Source of the DNA: Clostridia bacterium
GTDB taxonomy: Bacteria; Bacillota; Clostridia; UBA1381; UMGS1253
Direction of reading: 5' to 3'
Length of the DNA: 64,000 nt
Assembly: GCA_045578865.1 (NCBI GenBank)
Contig: JAZNLB010000013.1
Coordinates: 15,106 to 79,105 of the forward strand
Positions 1-9,400 of this stretch are shown here, piece after piece (within the stretch, counting starts at the first letter, position 1; every line of letters begins with the position of its first letter). The position numbers were made by a program, and so were the translations under genes. The notes beneath the pieces are model-generated. The model made no database searches and was not told where the DNA came from. It saw nothing but the letters and a program-made list of their open reading frames with translations.

Positions 1-2
1 GA

Positions 3-218
3 CGGATTGTTTTGTGTGGCACGCGCGCGTATGATGTGTACTTGCGGTTGCAATATGCGGATATGGACATGCAAAGAGTTTCGGTGTATGCCGATTATGA
101 TTCTGCGGCGCTGGCTTTGGCGGAAGGCGGAGCGGCGGTTGCCTATGCGCTGGTCAATTATACCGCCATGTATCCGATGTATAAGGCGCTGGAAAAATTG
201 CAGGAAGGGGACAAATAA
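3..218 (+). CDS. murT: MurT (lipid II isoglutaminyl synthase subunit), C-terminal DUF1727 part; 5' truncated by window edge
   Basis: Open frame from window start; CGTRAYDVYLRLQYA and LVNYTAM resemble MurT C-terminal motifs; directly upstream of gatD. Confidence 0.8.
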   Translation, partial: RIVLCGTRAYDVYLRLQYADMDMQRVSVYADYDSAALALAEGGAAVAYALVNYTAMYPMYKALEKLQEGDK

Positions 219-219
219 G

Positions 220-939
220 ATGAAAAAGACGCTTACAATTTATCATTTGTACCCCGATTTGATGGATGTATATGCCGACCATGGTAATGTGACGGTTTTG
301 CAAAAACGCCTTGAATGGCGTGGATTTGAAGTAAATGTGCGTACGCTGACGATGGGGCAGGTGCCGGATTTTACGGATGCGGACATTGTGCTCATCGGTG
401 CGGGTAGCGCACAGGCGCAAAAAACGGTTGCTTCTATGGGCGATGTTTTGGCAGCACCGCTGAAAACCTATGCAGAAGACGGCGGTGTTGTATTGGCTGT
501 CGGCGCAGGATTTGAACTGCTCGGCAACACATTTGAAAATGACGGCGAAATTTTAGACGGTTTCGGTATATTGGATATGAATTCTCGCAAAGCAAAAACC
601 CGTATGGTCGGACATTTTATAGCGCAGGCAGATTTGGGCGGCGAGATAGTTACACTGGTTGGTTTTGAGCATCATACCTGCGGCATGGATATAAAGTCTC
701 TTTCGCCGTTTGCCAAGGTCGTTTCAGGGTATGGCAACGGGGACACAACGGATGGCGCAGTATACAAAAATGTGATTGGCACATATATGCACGGGCCGAT
801 TTTGCCGAAAAATCCGGCACTGGCGGATTTTTTGATTTCTGCCGCATTGATGAAAAAATACAATAGCGCAACCCTTGCACCGCTGGAGGATGAAATGGCG
901 CAGAAGGCGAGAAGTGTCGTGCTGGAGAGGGGAAAATAA
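220..939 (+). CDS. gatD: GatD / CobQ-like type 1 glutamine amidotransferase (catalytic Cys absent)
   Basis: ATG at 220, 1 nt after murT stop; YHLYPDLMDVYADHGN, GYGNG, GTYMHGPILPKNP motifs. Confidence 0.88.
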   Translation: MKKTLTIYHLYPDLMDVYADHGNVTVLQKRLEWRGFEVNVRTLTMGQVPDFTDADIVLIGAGSAQAQKTVASMGDVLAAPLKTYAEDGGVVLAVGAGFELLGNTFENDGEILDGFGILDMNSRKAKTRMVGHFIAQADLGGEIVTLVGFEHHTCGMDIKSLSPFAKVVSGYGNGDTTDGAVYKNVIGTYMHGPILPKNPALADFLISAALMKKYNSATLAPLEDEMAQKARSVVLERGK

Positions 940-940
940 G

Positions 941-1879
941 ATGAGCAGTTTACTAGTGGCAACACAGGTTATTTTGCCTCTTTTAATCTTGATGTTGTTC
1001 GGCGTGCTCCTGCGTAAGACAGGCGTGTTGGAGGAGACGACCAATAAAAAAATAAATGTGCTGATTTTTAAGGCGCTTTTACCGATATTGCTATTTAACA
1101 ATGTCTATAAATCGGATTTTTTTGAGGCATTTGACGGAAAATTGATTCTGTTTGCAATGCTTAGTGTGCTTGCAGTATATCTGCTTTTAATGTTGCTCGT
1201 ACCGGTGTTTATAACAGACAACCGCACGCGCGGTGCATTTATTCAAGGTGTTTTCCGAAGTAATTTAGCCATTTTCGGCATACCGCTTACGCTGTCGATT
1301 GCCGGTGAAGCTGCGGCAGCGAAGGTGGCAGTTGTGGTGGCGTTCACCGTTCCGCTTTACAATGTGCTTGCGGTAATCACGCTTGAAATGTTCCGTCACG
1401 GGAAACCGGAGATTCAAAAGATTTTAAAGGGTATTGTGACGAATCCGTTAATTATTGCCTCTGTGCTTGGTATTGTCGCATCGCTCACAGGGCTTCGTTT
1501 GCCCGCCATTGTCGAAACATCCGTAGGCGATATTGCAAAAATCACAACGCCGCTCGCTTTGATTGTGCTCGGGGCATCGCTTGATTTTGCGCTTTTGAAA
1601 GCAAATTCGATGCGTGTGATGCTGGCGTCTGTCGGCAGGTTGATTGTTGAGCCGCTTGTGTGTATGAGTGTATCTGTTTTATTTGGTTTTCGTGGTGTGG
1701 ACCTTGCCGTACTGCTCGCACTTTTTGCATCACCGACCGCTGTTTCGTCCTTCCCTATGGCACAACAAATGGGCAGCGACGATGCACTGGCGGGACAGAT
1801 TATTGCAGTGACAACCGCCTTTTGTATCTTTACCGTATTTTTGTTTGTGTTTGGTTTGGATTTGATAGGTGTTTTGTAA
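941..1879 (+). CDS. AEC (auxin efflux carrier/malate permease) family transporter
   Basis: Multi-TM protein with FRSNLAIFGIP, NPLII, TPLALIVLGASL, SPTAVSS motifs. Confidence 0.85.
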   Translation: MSSLLVATQVILPLLILMLFGVLLRKTGVLEETTNKKINVLIFKALLPILLFNNVYKSDFFEAFDGKLILFAMLSVLAVYLLLMLLVPVFITDNRTRGAFIQGVFRSNLAIFGIPLTLSIAGEAAAAKVAVVVAFTVPLYNVLAVITLEMFRHGKPEIQKILKGIVTNPLIIASVLGIVASLTGLRLPAIVETSVGDIAKITTPLALIVLGASLDFALLKANSMRVMLASVGRLIVEPLVCMSVSVLFGFRGVDLAVLLALFASPTAVSSFPMAQQMGSDDALAGQIIAVTTAFCIFTVFLFVFGLDLIGVL

Positions 1880-1892
1880 AAATAGTGCCATA

Positions 1893-1928
1893 TGCCGAGT
1901 GTTCCTTAAGGACACTCGGCAGTTTTTT
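1893..1928 (+). terminator. Intrinsic terminator after AEC transporter
   Basis: tgccgagtgt...acactcggca stem followed by gtttttt. Confidence 0.75.
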
Positions 1929-2087
1929 CGTTCTTCGGTGGTTAGAGGCGAATAAAATAGCACTTGAAATATGAGCATAATGAAAGAATGTGGTACGCCG
2001 GATTGCCGTTACATAAAAGGTGCAGATTTTGTCGAAAATTGTGAAAGAAAAATATGGACATAAAAAGCATACATATTTTTGGCGTGC

Positions 2088-2190
2088 GGCGGGGATTCTT
2101 AGGGGACGAAGGGCCCCTTACGCGGTTTTAAGGGGTCCGGGGGAAATACGCGTCCCGGGACTTTTGGGACTTTTGGTCACAAAAGTACAT
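2088..2190 (+). repeat. G-rich REP-like multi-hairpin intergenic element
   Basis: Hairpins agggg..cccct, ccggg/cccgg, acttttg-gtca-caaaagt; shares gtttta(a)ggggtccg with the reverse complement of 19331-19385. Confidence 0.55.
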
Positions 2191-2255
2191 CTTTGAAACG
2201 GTGGAGAAACAATACGCAGAGATTTGTGCATGGATTGCGGAGTTTTGTAGTAAAT

Positions 2256-2286
2256 AAAAAAATGCCCTGTCGGGCATTTTTTTATT
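2256..2286. terminator. Bidirectional terminator downstream of hpf
   Basis: aaaaaaatgccc-tgtc-gggcatttttt. Confidence 0.8.
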
Positions 2287-2813
2287 TACTTATCTTGTTC
2301 TATCAGCGCATATTTACCGTCTTTTCTTTTATACACGACGCTGATAACATCATCTTCTGCGTTGTTAAATACGAAGAAGTTGTGTCCGAGCAATTCCATC
2401 TGCAAAATCGCCTCTTCCACATTCATCGGTTTGAAAGCAAAGCGCTTTACCTTTACGACCTTTAAATCGGGTTCTTCTTCAATAGGAGCAAAACCTTCAT
2501 ACGGTATATCAAAAGCACCCTTCTTTAACTTCTTTTCCAGATGCGTTTTGTGTTTGCGAAGTTGGCGCTCGATAATATCTACAATTTTATCAATGGCGGC
2601 ATACAAATCGGCATCTCTTTCCTCTGCGCGATACATTACGCCGTTTTCATAAATGGTGGCTTCAATAATTTGGTCATCCTTTACGGTGCGGATGGTGACT
2701 TTTACTTCCGGCTCGCTTTTAAAATATTTTTCGAGTTTGCCCAGTCGTTTGTAAATTCTGTCCTTCATACCTTCTGTTACATCAATTTTTCTGCCTGTGA
2801 TTACAAATTTCAT
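2286..2813 (-). CDS. hpf: Ribosome hibernation promoting factor (long HPF/RaiA)
   Basis: MKFVITGRKIDVT, DLYAAIDKIVDIIERQLRKHK, KPMNVEEAILQMELLGHNFFVF; RBS aaggag upstream. Confidence 0.95.
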   Translation of the reverse strand: MKFVITGRKIDVTEGMKDRIYKRLGKLEKYFKSEPEVKVTIRTVKDDQIIEATIYENGVMYRAEERDADLYAAIDKIVDIIERQLRKHKTHLEKKLKKGAFDIPYEGFAPIEEEPDLKVVKVKRFAFKPMNVEEAILQMELLGHNFFVFNNAEDDVISVVYKRKDGKYALIEQDK

Positions 2814-2892
2814 ATATGTCATCTCCTTACCTGTGCATTGCAGGGCACACTGCCCTGTAACTATATATACCACCGAATTTATATCTTCAAAC

Positions 2893-2925
2893 AAAAAAAT
2901 GTGCAAAATTAAATTTTGCACATTT
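2893..2925 (-). terminator. Terminator of pdxK-ECF S operon
   Basis: aaatgtgcaaaatt/aattttgcacattt stem with A-run on + strand (U-run on -). Confidence 0.7.
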
Positions 2926-2929
2926 ATGT

Positions 2930-3424
2930 TTACAGTATTTTGGATTTCACCATCGCGCCGCGCAGGAAAAATGCGGCGATAATGCCGAAAACGGCTTGCG
3001 GCCAACTGACAATCAGCATCTGGATTGCGGAAAGTTCGCGCAGCCCCATAATGAAATAGTCGAAGATAAAATAACCAAGCATCATCACGCCGCCGCCCGC
3101 AATCATGTGGATGAATACCCTCACCGACAAGGGCTTTCTTTGCTTTGCCGCAGGCAAAACGCAGGCGCACATTGCGGCTTTGATTAAAAGTGTAGGCAGG
3201 GCATAGATGGTATAACCGCTGGTTAAATCGGCGAGCATAGAGCCAAAACCTGCGGCGCACACGCCTATAGAACCGCCGGGGATAAAAGCGCAAAGTAAAA
3301 CGAGCGCATCACCTGCGTGAACATACCCGAGCGGACCGACCGGAAACTGTGTAAATCGGGTGGCAATGAAGACGAGCGCGGTCATAATGGCGGCGCGTGT
3401 CAATTTTTGTGTGGAACTTTTCAT
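2930..3424 (-). CDS. ECF transporter S component, probably for a B6 vitamer or HMP
   Basis: ALVFIAT, GYVHAGD, GSMLADL, PTLLIK motifs; start overlaps pdxK stop; RBS ggagg. Confidence 0.85.
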   Translation of the reverse strand: MKSSTQKLTRAAIMTALVFIATRFTQFPVGPLGYVHAGDALVLLCAFIPGGSIGVCAAGFGSMLADLTSGYTIYALPTLLIKAAMCACVLPAAKQRKPLSVRVFIHMIAGGGVMMLGYFIFDYFIMGLRELSAIQMLIVSWPQAVFGIIAAFFLRGAMVKSKIL

Positions 3425-4302
3425 AGTTTCTCCTCCTTCAAAGGCTTGCATGCAGAAGAGATGTCCGTGTGCGTCAGCGTGCTTAAATGCTGTTCAAGCA
3501 GCACGCCGTCTCGCGGCAAAGTGCCGGCTTCAAAGGTGGAACGAATGCACAGGGAAACAAACTCTACGGCGCGCGTGATGGCAATTTCAAGCGTATTGCC
3601 CTGCAAAAGTGCGCCTGTCAACACGCTGGCAAAGGTATCGCCCGTACCGGGATATTGGGCAGGGATATAGGTGCAAGCATGTTGCAAAAAAGCATCTGTT
3701 TTTTTATCGTAGGCAATTACACTGGTTTTGCTATTCGCCAGCGGTGCACTGGTAATGATAACGGTTTCGGGTCCGAGGTCTGCCAGGGCGCAGAGCCATT
3801 CGCGCGCTTCGGTTTGTGTGAGTGTTTCGGGCAGGTCACGCTCTAAAAGGAAGGCCGCCTCGGTGATGTTTGGCGTTATAATTTTGGCGCGCGAAACCAG
3901 ACGGCGCATATGCGGCACAAAATCTGCATCGAAAGTGGAATAGAGCACGCCGTCATCGGCAAAAGCCGGATCAACGACGACGAGCGGCGATGTATCGGCA
4001 AAAGCGTCCATCATATCCGAAAGGATATCCGCCTGCTTTGCCGAGCCGAGAAATCCGGAATAAAGGCAGTCAAAACGGATATTTAAACTGCGCCAGTGTT
4101 TATAATAAGCCGTCAGCGTATCGGTCAGGTCTACAAATGTGTACCCGTCAAAACCACCGGTGTGCGTGGATAAAACTGCCGTCGGCATCGGGCAGACCTG
4201 CATACCCATAGAAGATAAAATCGGTATTACAACCGACAAAGAGCACCTGCCGAAGCCGGACAAATCGTGTATGGCGGCGACAATCGGGATGGGATTTTGC
4301 AT
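3421..4302 (-). CDS. pdxK: Pyridoxal/pyridoxamine kinase (PfkB family)
   Basis: AIHDLSGFGRCSL, LSTHTGG, YSGFLGS, VDP, TPNITEA, GTGD. Confidence 0.9.
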   Translation of the reverse strand: MQNPIPIVAAIHDLSGFGRCSLSVVIPILSSMGMQVCPMPTAVLSTHTGGFDGYTFVDLTDTLTAYYKHWRSLNIRFDCLYSGFLGSAKQADILSDMMDAFADTSPLVVVDPAFADDGVLYSTFDADFVPHMRRLVSRAKIITPNITEAAFLLERDLPETLTQTEAREWLCALADLGPETVIITSAPLANSKTSVIAYDKKTDAFLQHACTYIPAQYPGTGDTFASVLTGALLQGNTLEIAITRAVEFVSLCIRSTFEAGTLPRDGVLLEQHLSTLTHTDISSACKPLKEEKL

Positions 4303-4542
4303 GGTTACACACCTCGCTTTCGATGAAAGTTATCTGATAATCTACTTAATTCTACTACAAAAGTGCGCCGTGTGCAAGGGGTTGAAAAAAATTTACCGCA
4401 ATCGCAAAAAAAAGGTGGAAATTGAGGTAGAAAAGTTGTATAATATAATCATAGTTTTGTCGATTGCCTTTTGACAGAAAAACCGATGCGGAAAAATTCG
4501 TATGTACAAGTAAGAAGGGCATATGTATAGGAGGTAGAAACT

Positions 4543-5391
4543 GTGGCGGAATTTTGGATAAATGTAACGGAGTTTATTTCCACAATCCGTATTTCGGATT
4601 TTATAGATGTTGCCGTCGTAGCCATTTTGGTGTATTGGGCAATCCGATTGATTCGCGAAACGCGTGCGGCTCAGTTGGTGAAGGGTTTATTGGTGCTGGT
4701 GGTCTTGTTCCAGGTCAGTTCATGGATGCGCTTTAACACGCTGCAATATATTTTGCAAAACACATTGCAGCTCGGTTTGATTGCACTTTTGATTGTATTT
4801 CAACCGGAGCTTCGCCGTGCGCTTGAACAAATCGGACACGGCGCATGGGGCAGAATGTTCGGCTTTACCAACCGCCAAAACAGCGGTGTGGAAGAATTGG
4901 CAGAGCAAATCAGCCTTGCGGCAGACAGTCTGTCGAAAAACAAGGTGGGGGCGCTCATTTGTGTGGAGCGTATTACGAAACTCGGCGACATTGCCGCAGG
5001 CGGTACGAAACTTTCCGCGCATGTTTCAGCGGAACTGCTGGTCAACATTTTTGTGCCGAACACACCTCTGCACGACGGTGCGGTCATTATCGGAGACAAC
5101 CGCATTTTAGCGGCCGGATGCGTATTGCCGCTGACGGCGAAAAGTGATTTATCCAAGGAACTCGGTACACGCCATCGCGCGGCCATCGGTCTTTCAGAAA
5201 ACTCGGATGCGGTTGTGGTGGTGGTCAGCGAGGAAACGGGAAAAATTTCCATTGCTTTAAACGGTGATTTAACGAGAAACTTAACCAGAGAAACCTTGCG
5301 CCGTGCAATCATAAAATCGCTTGCAACGGAGCAGGCGGCAAGCAAGGCAAAAAAACTTTTGTTTTGGAAAGGCGACAAGGCAGAAAAATAA
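4543..5391 (+). CDS. cdaA: Diadenylate cyclase CdaA
   Basis: Three N-terminal TM helices, FQPELRRALE, PLHDGA, GTRHRAA, VSEETG. Confidence 0.96.
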   Translation: MAEFWINVTEFISTIRISDFIDVAVVAILVYWAIRLIRETRAAQLVKGLLVLVVLFQVSSWMRFNTLQYILQNTLQLGLIALLIVFQPELRRALEQIGHGAWGRMFGFTNRQNSGVEELAEQISLAADSLSKNKVGALICVERITKLGDIAAGGTKLSAHVSAELLVNIFVPNTPLHDGAVIIGDNRILAAGCVLPLTAKSDLSKELGTRHRAAIGLSENSDAVVVVVSEETGKISIALNGDLTRNLTRETLRRAIIKSLATEQAASKAKKLLFWKGDKAEK

Positions 5392-5417
5392 GTTTAGGGC
5401 AGGAAGGTGAATGGAAG

Positions 5418-6359
5418 ATGAAAAAGTTTTTAACTTCTGATACGGCCTGGAAGATTTATTCTGTACTGATTGCCATCGTGCTTTGGTGCGTGGTGGTAGT
5501 CAATGAAAATCCGGACAGTACGCGTGAGGTTAATGATATTGGCATTACGATTGTCAATCAGGATGCGCTCGAACAGGCGGGACTTGCCTATGTGCAAAAT
5601 GAGGATTTGTCCATGGATTTAAAGGTGAGTGGCAGACGACTGGCGATTGCAAAGGCTGAGCGGGTACTGGCGACGGTGACGGTGCCGAACATCCGCGTGG
5701 GCACATATGATTTGCCGATTGATATTCAGTCGCCGAGTAACGACATCCGTATTGTGAGCAAGAGTCGAGACACGGTGCGCGTTGTGGTGGAAAAACGCGT
5801 TGAAAAGGTGCAGACGATTGAAGTAGTTATCAACGGCGTCGGCGAGGAAGAGCGCATGCTCTATAAAACACAGTTGGATGCGACAAGCGTGCTTTTAACC
5901 GGTCCGCAGAGCGTAATTGATAAGGTTGAGCGTGTGTATGTGAGCGTCAATAAAAATGATACCGGCAAAAAGATTAAAGCGGATTTGCTCATTGAGGACC
6001 GCCGTGGCAACAACTTAACGCAGGATGCGAACATCGCAAAAACCTTTGATGCAGTCAACCTCAGTTTAACCAAACTGACAAGTGCACAGACGGCGGTGGA
6101 GGCAGTTTTGGAGGGCGCAGTAGCAGATAATTATGGGGTGCTTGAAACGGTGATAGAACCGGAAACGGTACTTCTGGGGGCGGAAAAAAAGAGCGACACC
6201 TGGCTTGAAACCATCAAAACCCTGCCGATTTCGGTGGAAGGAAAAAAGTACGATTTTACCGAGACGGTAGAGCTGGATGTGCCGGAAGGCTATGAACTTT
6301 TGGAGAAAAAAGCAACCGTAAAGGTTACGGTGAAAATCGGACCTGTACAGGCGCAGTAA
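5418..6359 (+). CDS. cdaR: CdaR/YbbR-domain regulator of CdaA
   Basis: N-terminal TM (SVLIAIVLWCVVV-NP), beta-rich YbbR-like repeats, position after cdaA. Confidence 0.85.
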   Translation: MKKFLTSDTAWKIYSVLIAIVLWCVVVVNENPDSTREVNDIGITIVNQDALEQAGLAYVQNEDLSMDLKVSGRRLAIAKAERVLATVTVPNIRVGTYDLPIDIQSPSNDIRIVSKSRDTVRVVVEKRVEKVQTIEVVINGVGEEERMLYKTQLDATSVLLTGPQSVIDKVERVYVSVNKNDTGKKIKADLLIEDRRGNNLTQDANIAKTFDAVNLSLTKLTSAQTAVEAVLEGAVADNYGVLETVIEPETVLLGAEKKSDTWLETIKTLPISVEGKKYDFTETVELDVPEGYELLEKKATVKVTVKIGPVQAQ

Positions 6360-6364
6360 AATAC

Positions 6365-6388
6365 GGGGCGTGGATAACGCCCCTTTCT
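6365..6388 (+). terminator. Hairpin/terminator between cdaR and polC
   Basis: ggggcgt-ggata-acgcccc followed by tttct. Confidence 0.5.
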
Positions 6389-6417
6389 AATCAATAAAAA
6401 AGGAAATGTAGGGTATT

Positions 6418-9400
6418 ATGACCAAGGTAAAAGATATTTTCCCGGATGCGCCGGGAGAAATACTTGATATTGAAATAGAAAAAATCAATGTAAACAAGGC
6501 CACGCGAGTGATGAATATTTTGCTTTGCGGCGCTGGAGACGACAGGTCCGATGTGGCAAAGTTGATCGCAGAGAGTTTTAAAGAGAAGTTTAAACTCAGC
6601 GAGGCGTTGGTGCAATATATGGAAAAGAGCCTTTCGCGCGCGCAGCAACATGCCAAAGAGCGTGAAGCCGCAATTCTGGCGCAGCTGAAAAGCGAGAGTG
6701 TAAATCGCGGCCCGAGCGAGATTATTATGGGCAAAAAAATCAAGGGCAAACTCACACCGCTGGAGGATATTGTGCCCGAAATGGGCAGAGTGCATACCTC
6801 GGGTGAAATCTTTGATGTGGAATTTAAAGAGCGCAGAGACGGTGCGTGGATTGTAACGGTGGATATCACAAACAAAAAAAGTTCGATTACGGTTAAACTG
6901 TTTTGTGATGTACCGCAACGCGGCGACCGTGCAGGCGGCACTTACACGAAACAGACACCGCAAAAAGAAAAGATGGAAAAGCGCCTGACCAAAGGCACGA
7001 ATATTGCGGTCAACGCAGATATTGTCTATGATAAATACGCAGGCGATTATGTTTTGTTTGCCAATGACATCAACGAACTGGAAAAGATAGGCGTAAAAAC
7101 GGATGATGAGCCGCAAAAGCGCGTGGAACTTCATGTGCATACGCAGATGTCGGCAATGGACGGCGTTTCTTCGGCGACGGATTTGATTGCGCGCGCCGCT
7201 AAGTGGGGACATAAGGCGATTGCCATAACGGATCACGGCGTGGTGCAGGCTTTTCCCGAAGCGGCGAAGGCTGCCAAGAAAAACGGCATCAAGGTGCTCT
7301 ACGGCGTAGAAGGTTATGTGGTCGACGACCATCAGCGAATTGTGTTTGGCGCAAAAGAGGCTTCGCTTAAAGACAGTTTTGTTGTGTTTGATATTGAAAC
7401 GACGGGCCTGTCTGCGGATAAGTGCTATATTACGGAAATTGGTGCAATCAAGGTTGTGAACGGGGAGATTTACGATTCGTTTTCTACCTTTGTGCATCCG
7501 CCGGTGAGCATCCCGCAAAAGATTGTGGAACTGACGGGCATTACCGATGCGATGGTGGCAGATGCGCCGGAGGAAGAAGAGGCTGTGCGTAAATTTATGG
7601 AGTACTGCGAGGGCAGTGTGCTCGTAGCGCACAACGCCAACTTTGATACGGGATTTATCCGCGCCGCACTTGAACGCATGGGCGAGAATTTTACGCACAC
7701 CTACATAGATACGCTCGAACTTTCGCGCAAACTTTTAACGCAGCTCAAAAGCCATAAACTCAACATCGTTGCAAGGCATTTGAAAATCAAACTCGAAAAT
7801 CATCATCGTGCGGTAGACGATGCGTTTGCTACGGCGCAGATTTTCGTGCAGTTTTTAGGGATGCTTGAAAAGCGGGATATCCAAAGTATCGGTGCACTCA
7901 ACACCGCTTTTGGTGATGCCATTGATGTGCGGGGCGCATCGTCGCACCACATCATTATTTTGGCGAAAAACTATGTCGGTCTGGAAAATCTGTACCGACT
8001 GATTTCGGCATCCAATTTGGACTATTATTATCGTCAACCTCGCATGCCGAAAAGCATCATCAACAAGTATCGCGAAGGCTTGATTGTCGGTTCTGCCTGC
8101 GAAGCGGGCGAACTTTATCAGGCAGTATTCGGCGGAAAGAGCGCCGATGTAATTGATGCGATTGCATCGTTTTACGATTACTATGAAATTCAGCCGCTCG
8201 GCAACAACGCATTTATGCTTCGTGATGGCTCGGTGCAGTCCAAAAAGGATTTGCAGGAGGTCAACAAAAAGATTATCGCGCTTGCCGACAAGCACGCAAA
8301 ACCAGTTGTTGCTACGGGCGATGTGCATTTTCTCAATCCGGAAGATGAGGTGTACCGCCGTGTGTTGATGGCGGGCAAAGGCTTTGACGATGCAGATTTG
8401 CAGGCGCCGCTTTACTTGCGTACCACAAGAGAAATGCTCGATGAATTTTCGTATCTCGACGAAGAAACCGCTTACCGCGTGGTCGTTGAAAATCCGAACA
8501 AAATTGCAGATATGATTGAGGTGTTAGAGCCGGTAAAGGACGGCACATATCCGCCGAGCATTGAAGGTGCGAAGGACGATATTGTCCGCATGAGTTATGA
8601 AACGGCGAAAAAGATTTACGGCGAAGTGTTGCCGGAGTTGGTGGAAGAGCGCATTAAAAAGGAACTTGATTCCATTGTGACTTACGGTTTTTCCGTTATG
8701 TATATGATTGCCCATAAACTTGTGGCAAAGTCAAATTCGGACGGTTATCTCGTTGGTTCGAGAGGTTCGGTCGGTTCGTCGTTTATCGCCTTTCTGACAG
8801 GAATTACCGAGGTAAACGCACTGCCGGCACACTACATTTGCCCGAAGTGTAAGCACAGTGAATTCAGCGGAGACGGCAGCGGTATTTCAGGCTGCGACCT
8901 GCCGGATAAATATTGTCCGGAATGTGGAGAACTGTATAAAAAAGATGGCCATGATATTCCGTTTGAGACCTTCCTCGGCTTTAAGGGCGACAAAGCCCCG
9001 GATATTGACTTAAACTTCTCCGGCGAGTACCAAAGTGTTGCCCACAAGTATACGGAAGAACTTTTTGGCGAGGGGTATGTTTTCCGTGCAGGTACAATCG
9101 GTACGATTGCGGACAAGACGGCGTTCGGCTATGTCAAAAAATACTTTGCAGAGCGTTCGCAGGTGGTGCACAGTGCAGAAATCAAGAGAATTACGCTTGG
9201 CTGTACGGGCGTAAAGCGTACGACAGGGCAGCACCCGGGCGGTGTTATTGTATGTCCGAAAAATTTGGATATTCATATGTTTACACCGGTGCAACATCCG
9301 GCGGAGGACCCGACAAGTGATATTGTAACAACGCACTTTGACTACCACTCTATTCACGATAACCTTTTAAAACTTGATATTCTCGGCCACGATGATCCGA

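Noticed and set aside
2814-2929. raiA-motif ncRNA upstream of hpf
   Set aside because: The gap is only about 116 nt and holds a terminator, a promoter and one small hairpin; it is too short and I saw no recognisable motif sequence.
2814-3293. N-terminal extension of HPF in the 335-aa ORF call
   Set aside because: It overlaps the ECF S gene in another frame and crosses a terminator; the RBS supports the start at 2813.
6391-7698. 435-aa minus-strand ORF and similar long antisense ORFs (e.g. 11067-11990, 25849-26706, 35967-36812)
   Set aside because: They are shadows of well-conserved + strand genes, with no recognisable domains.
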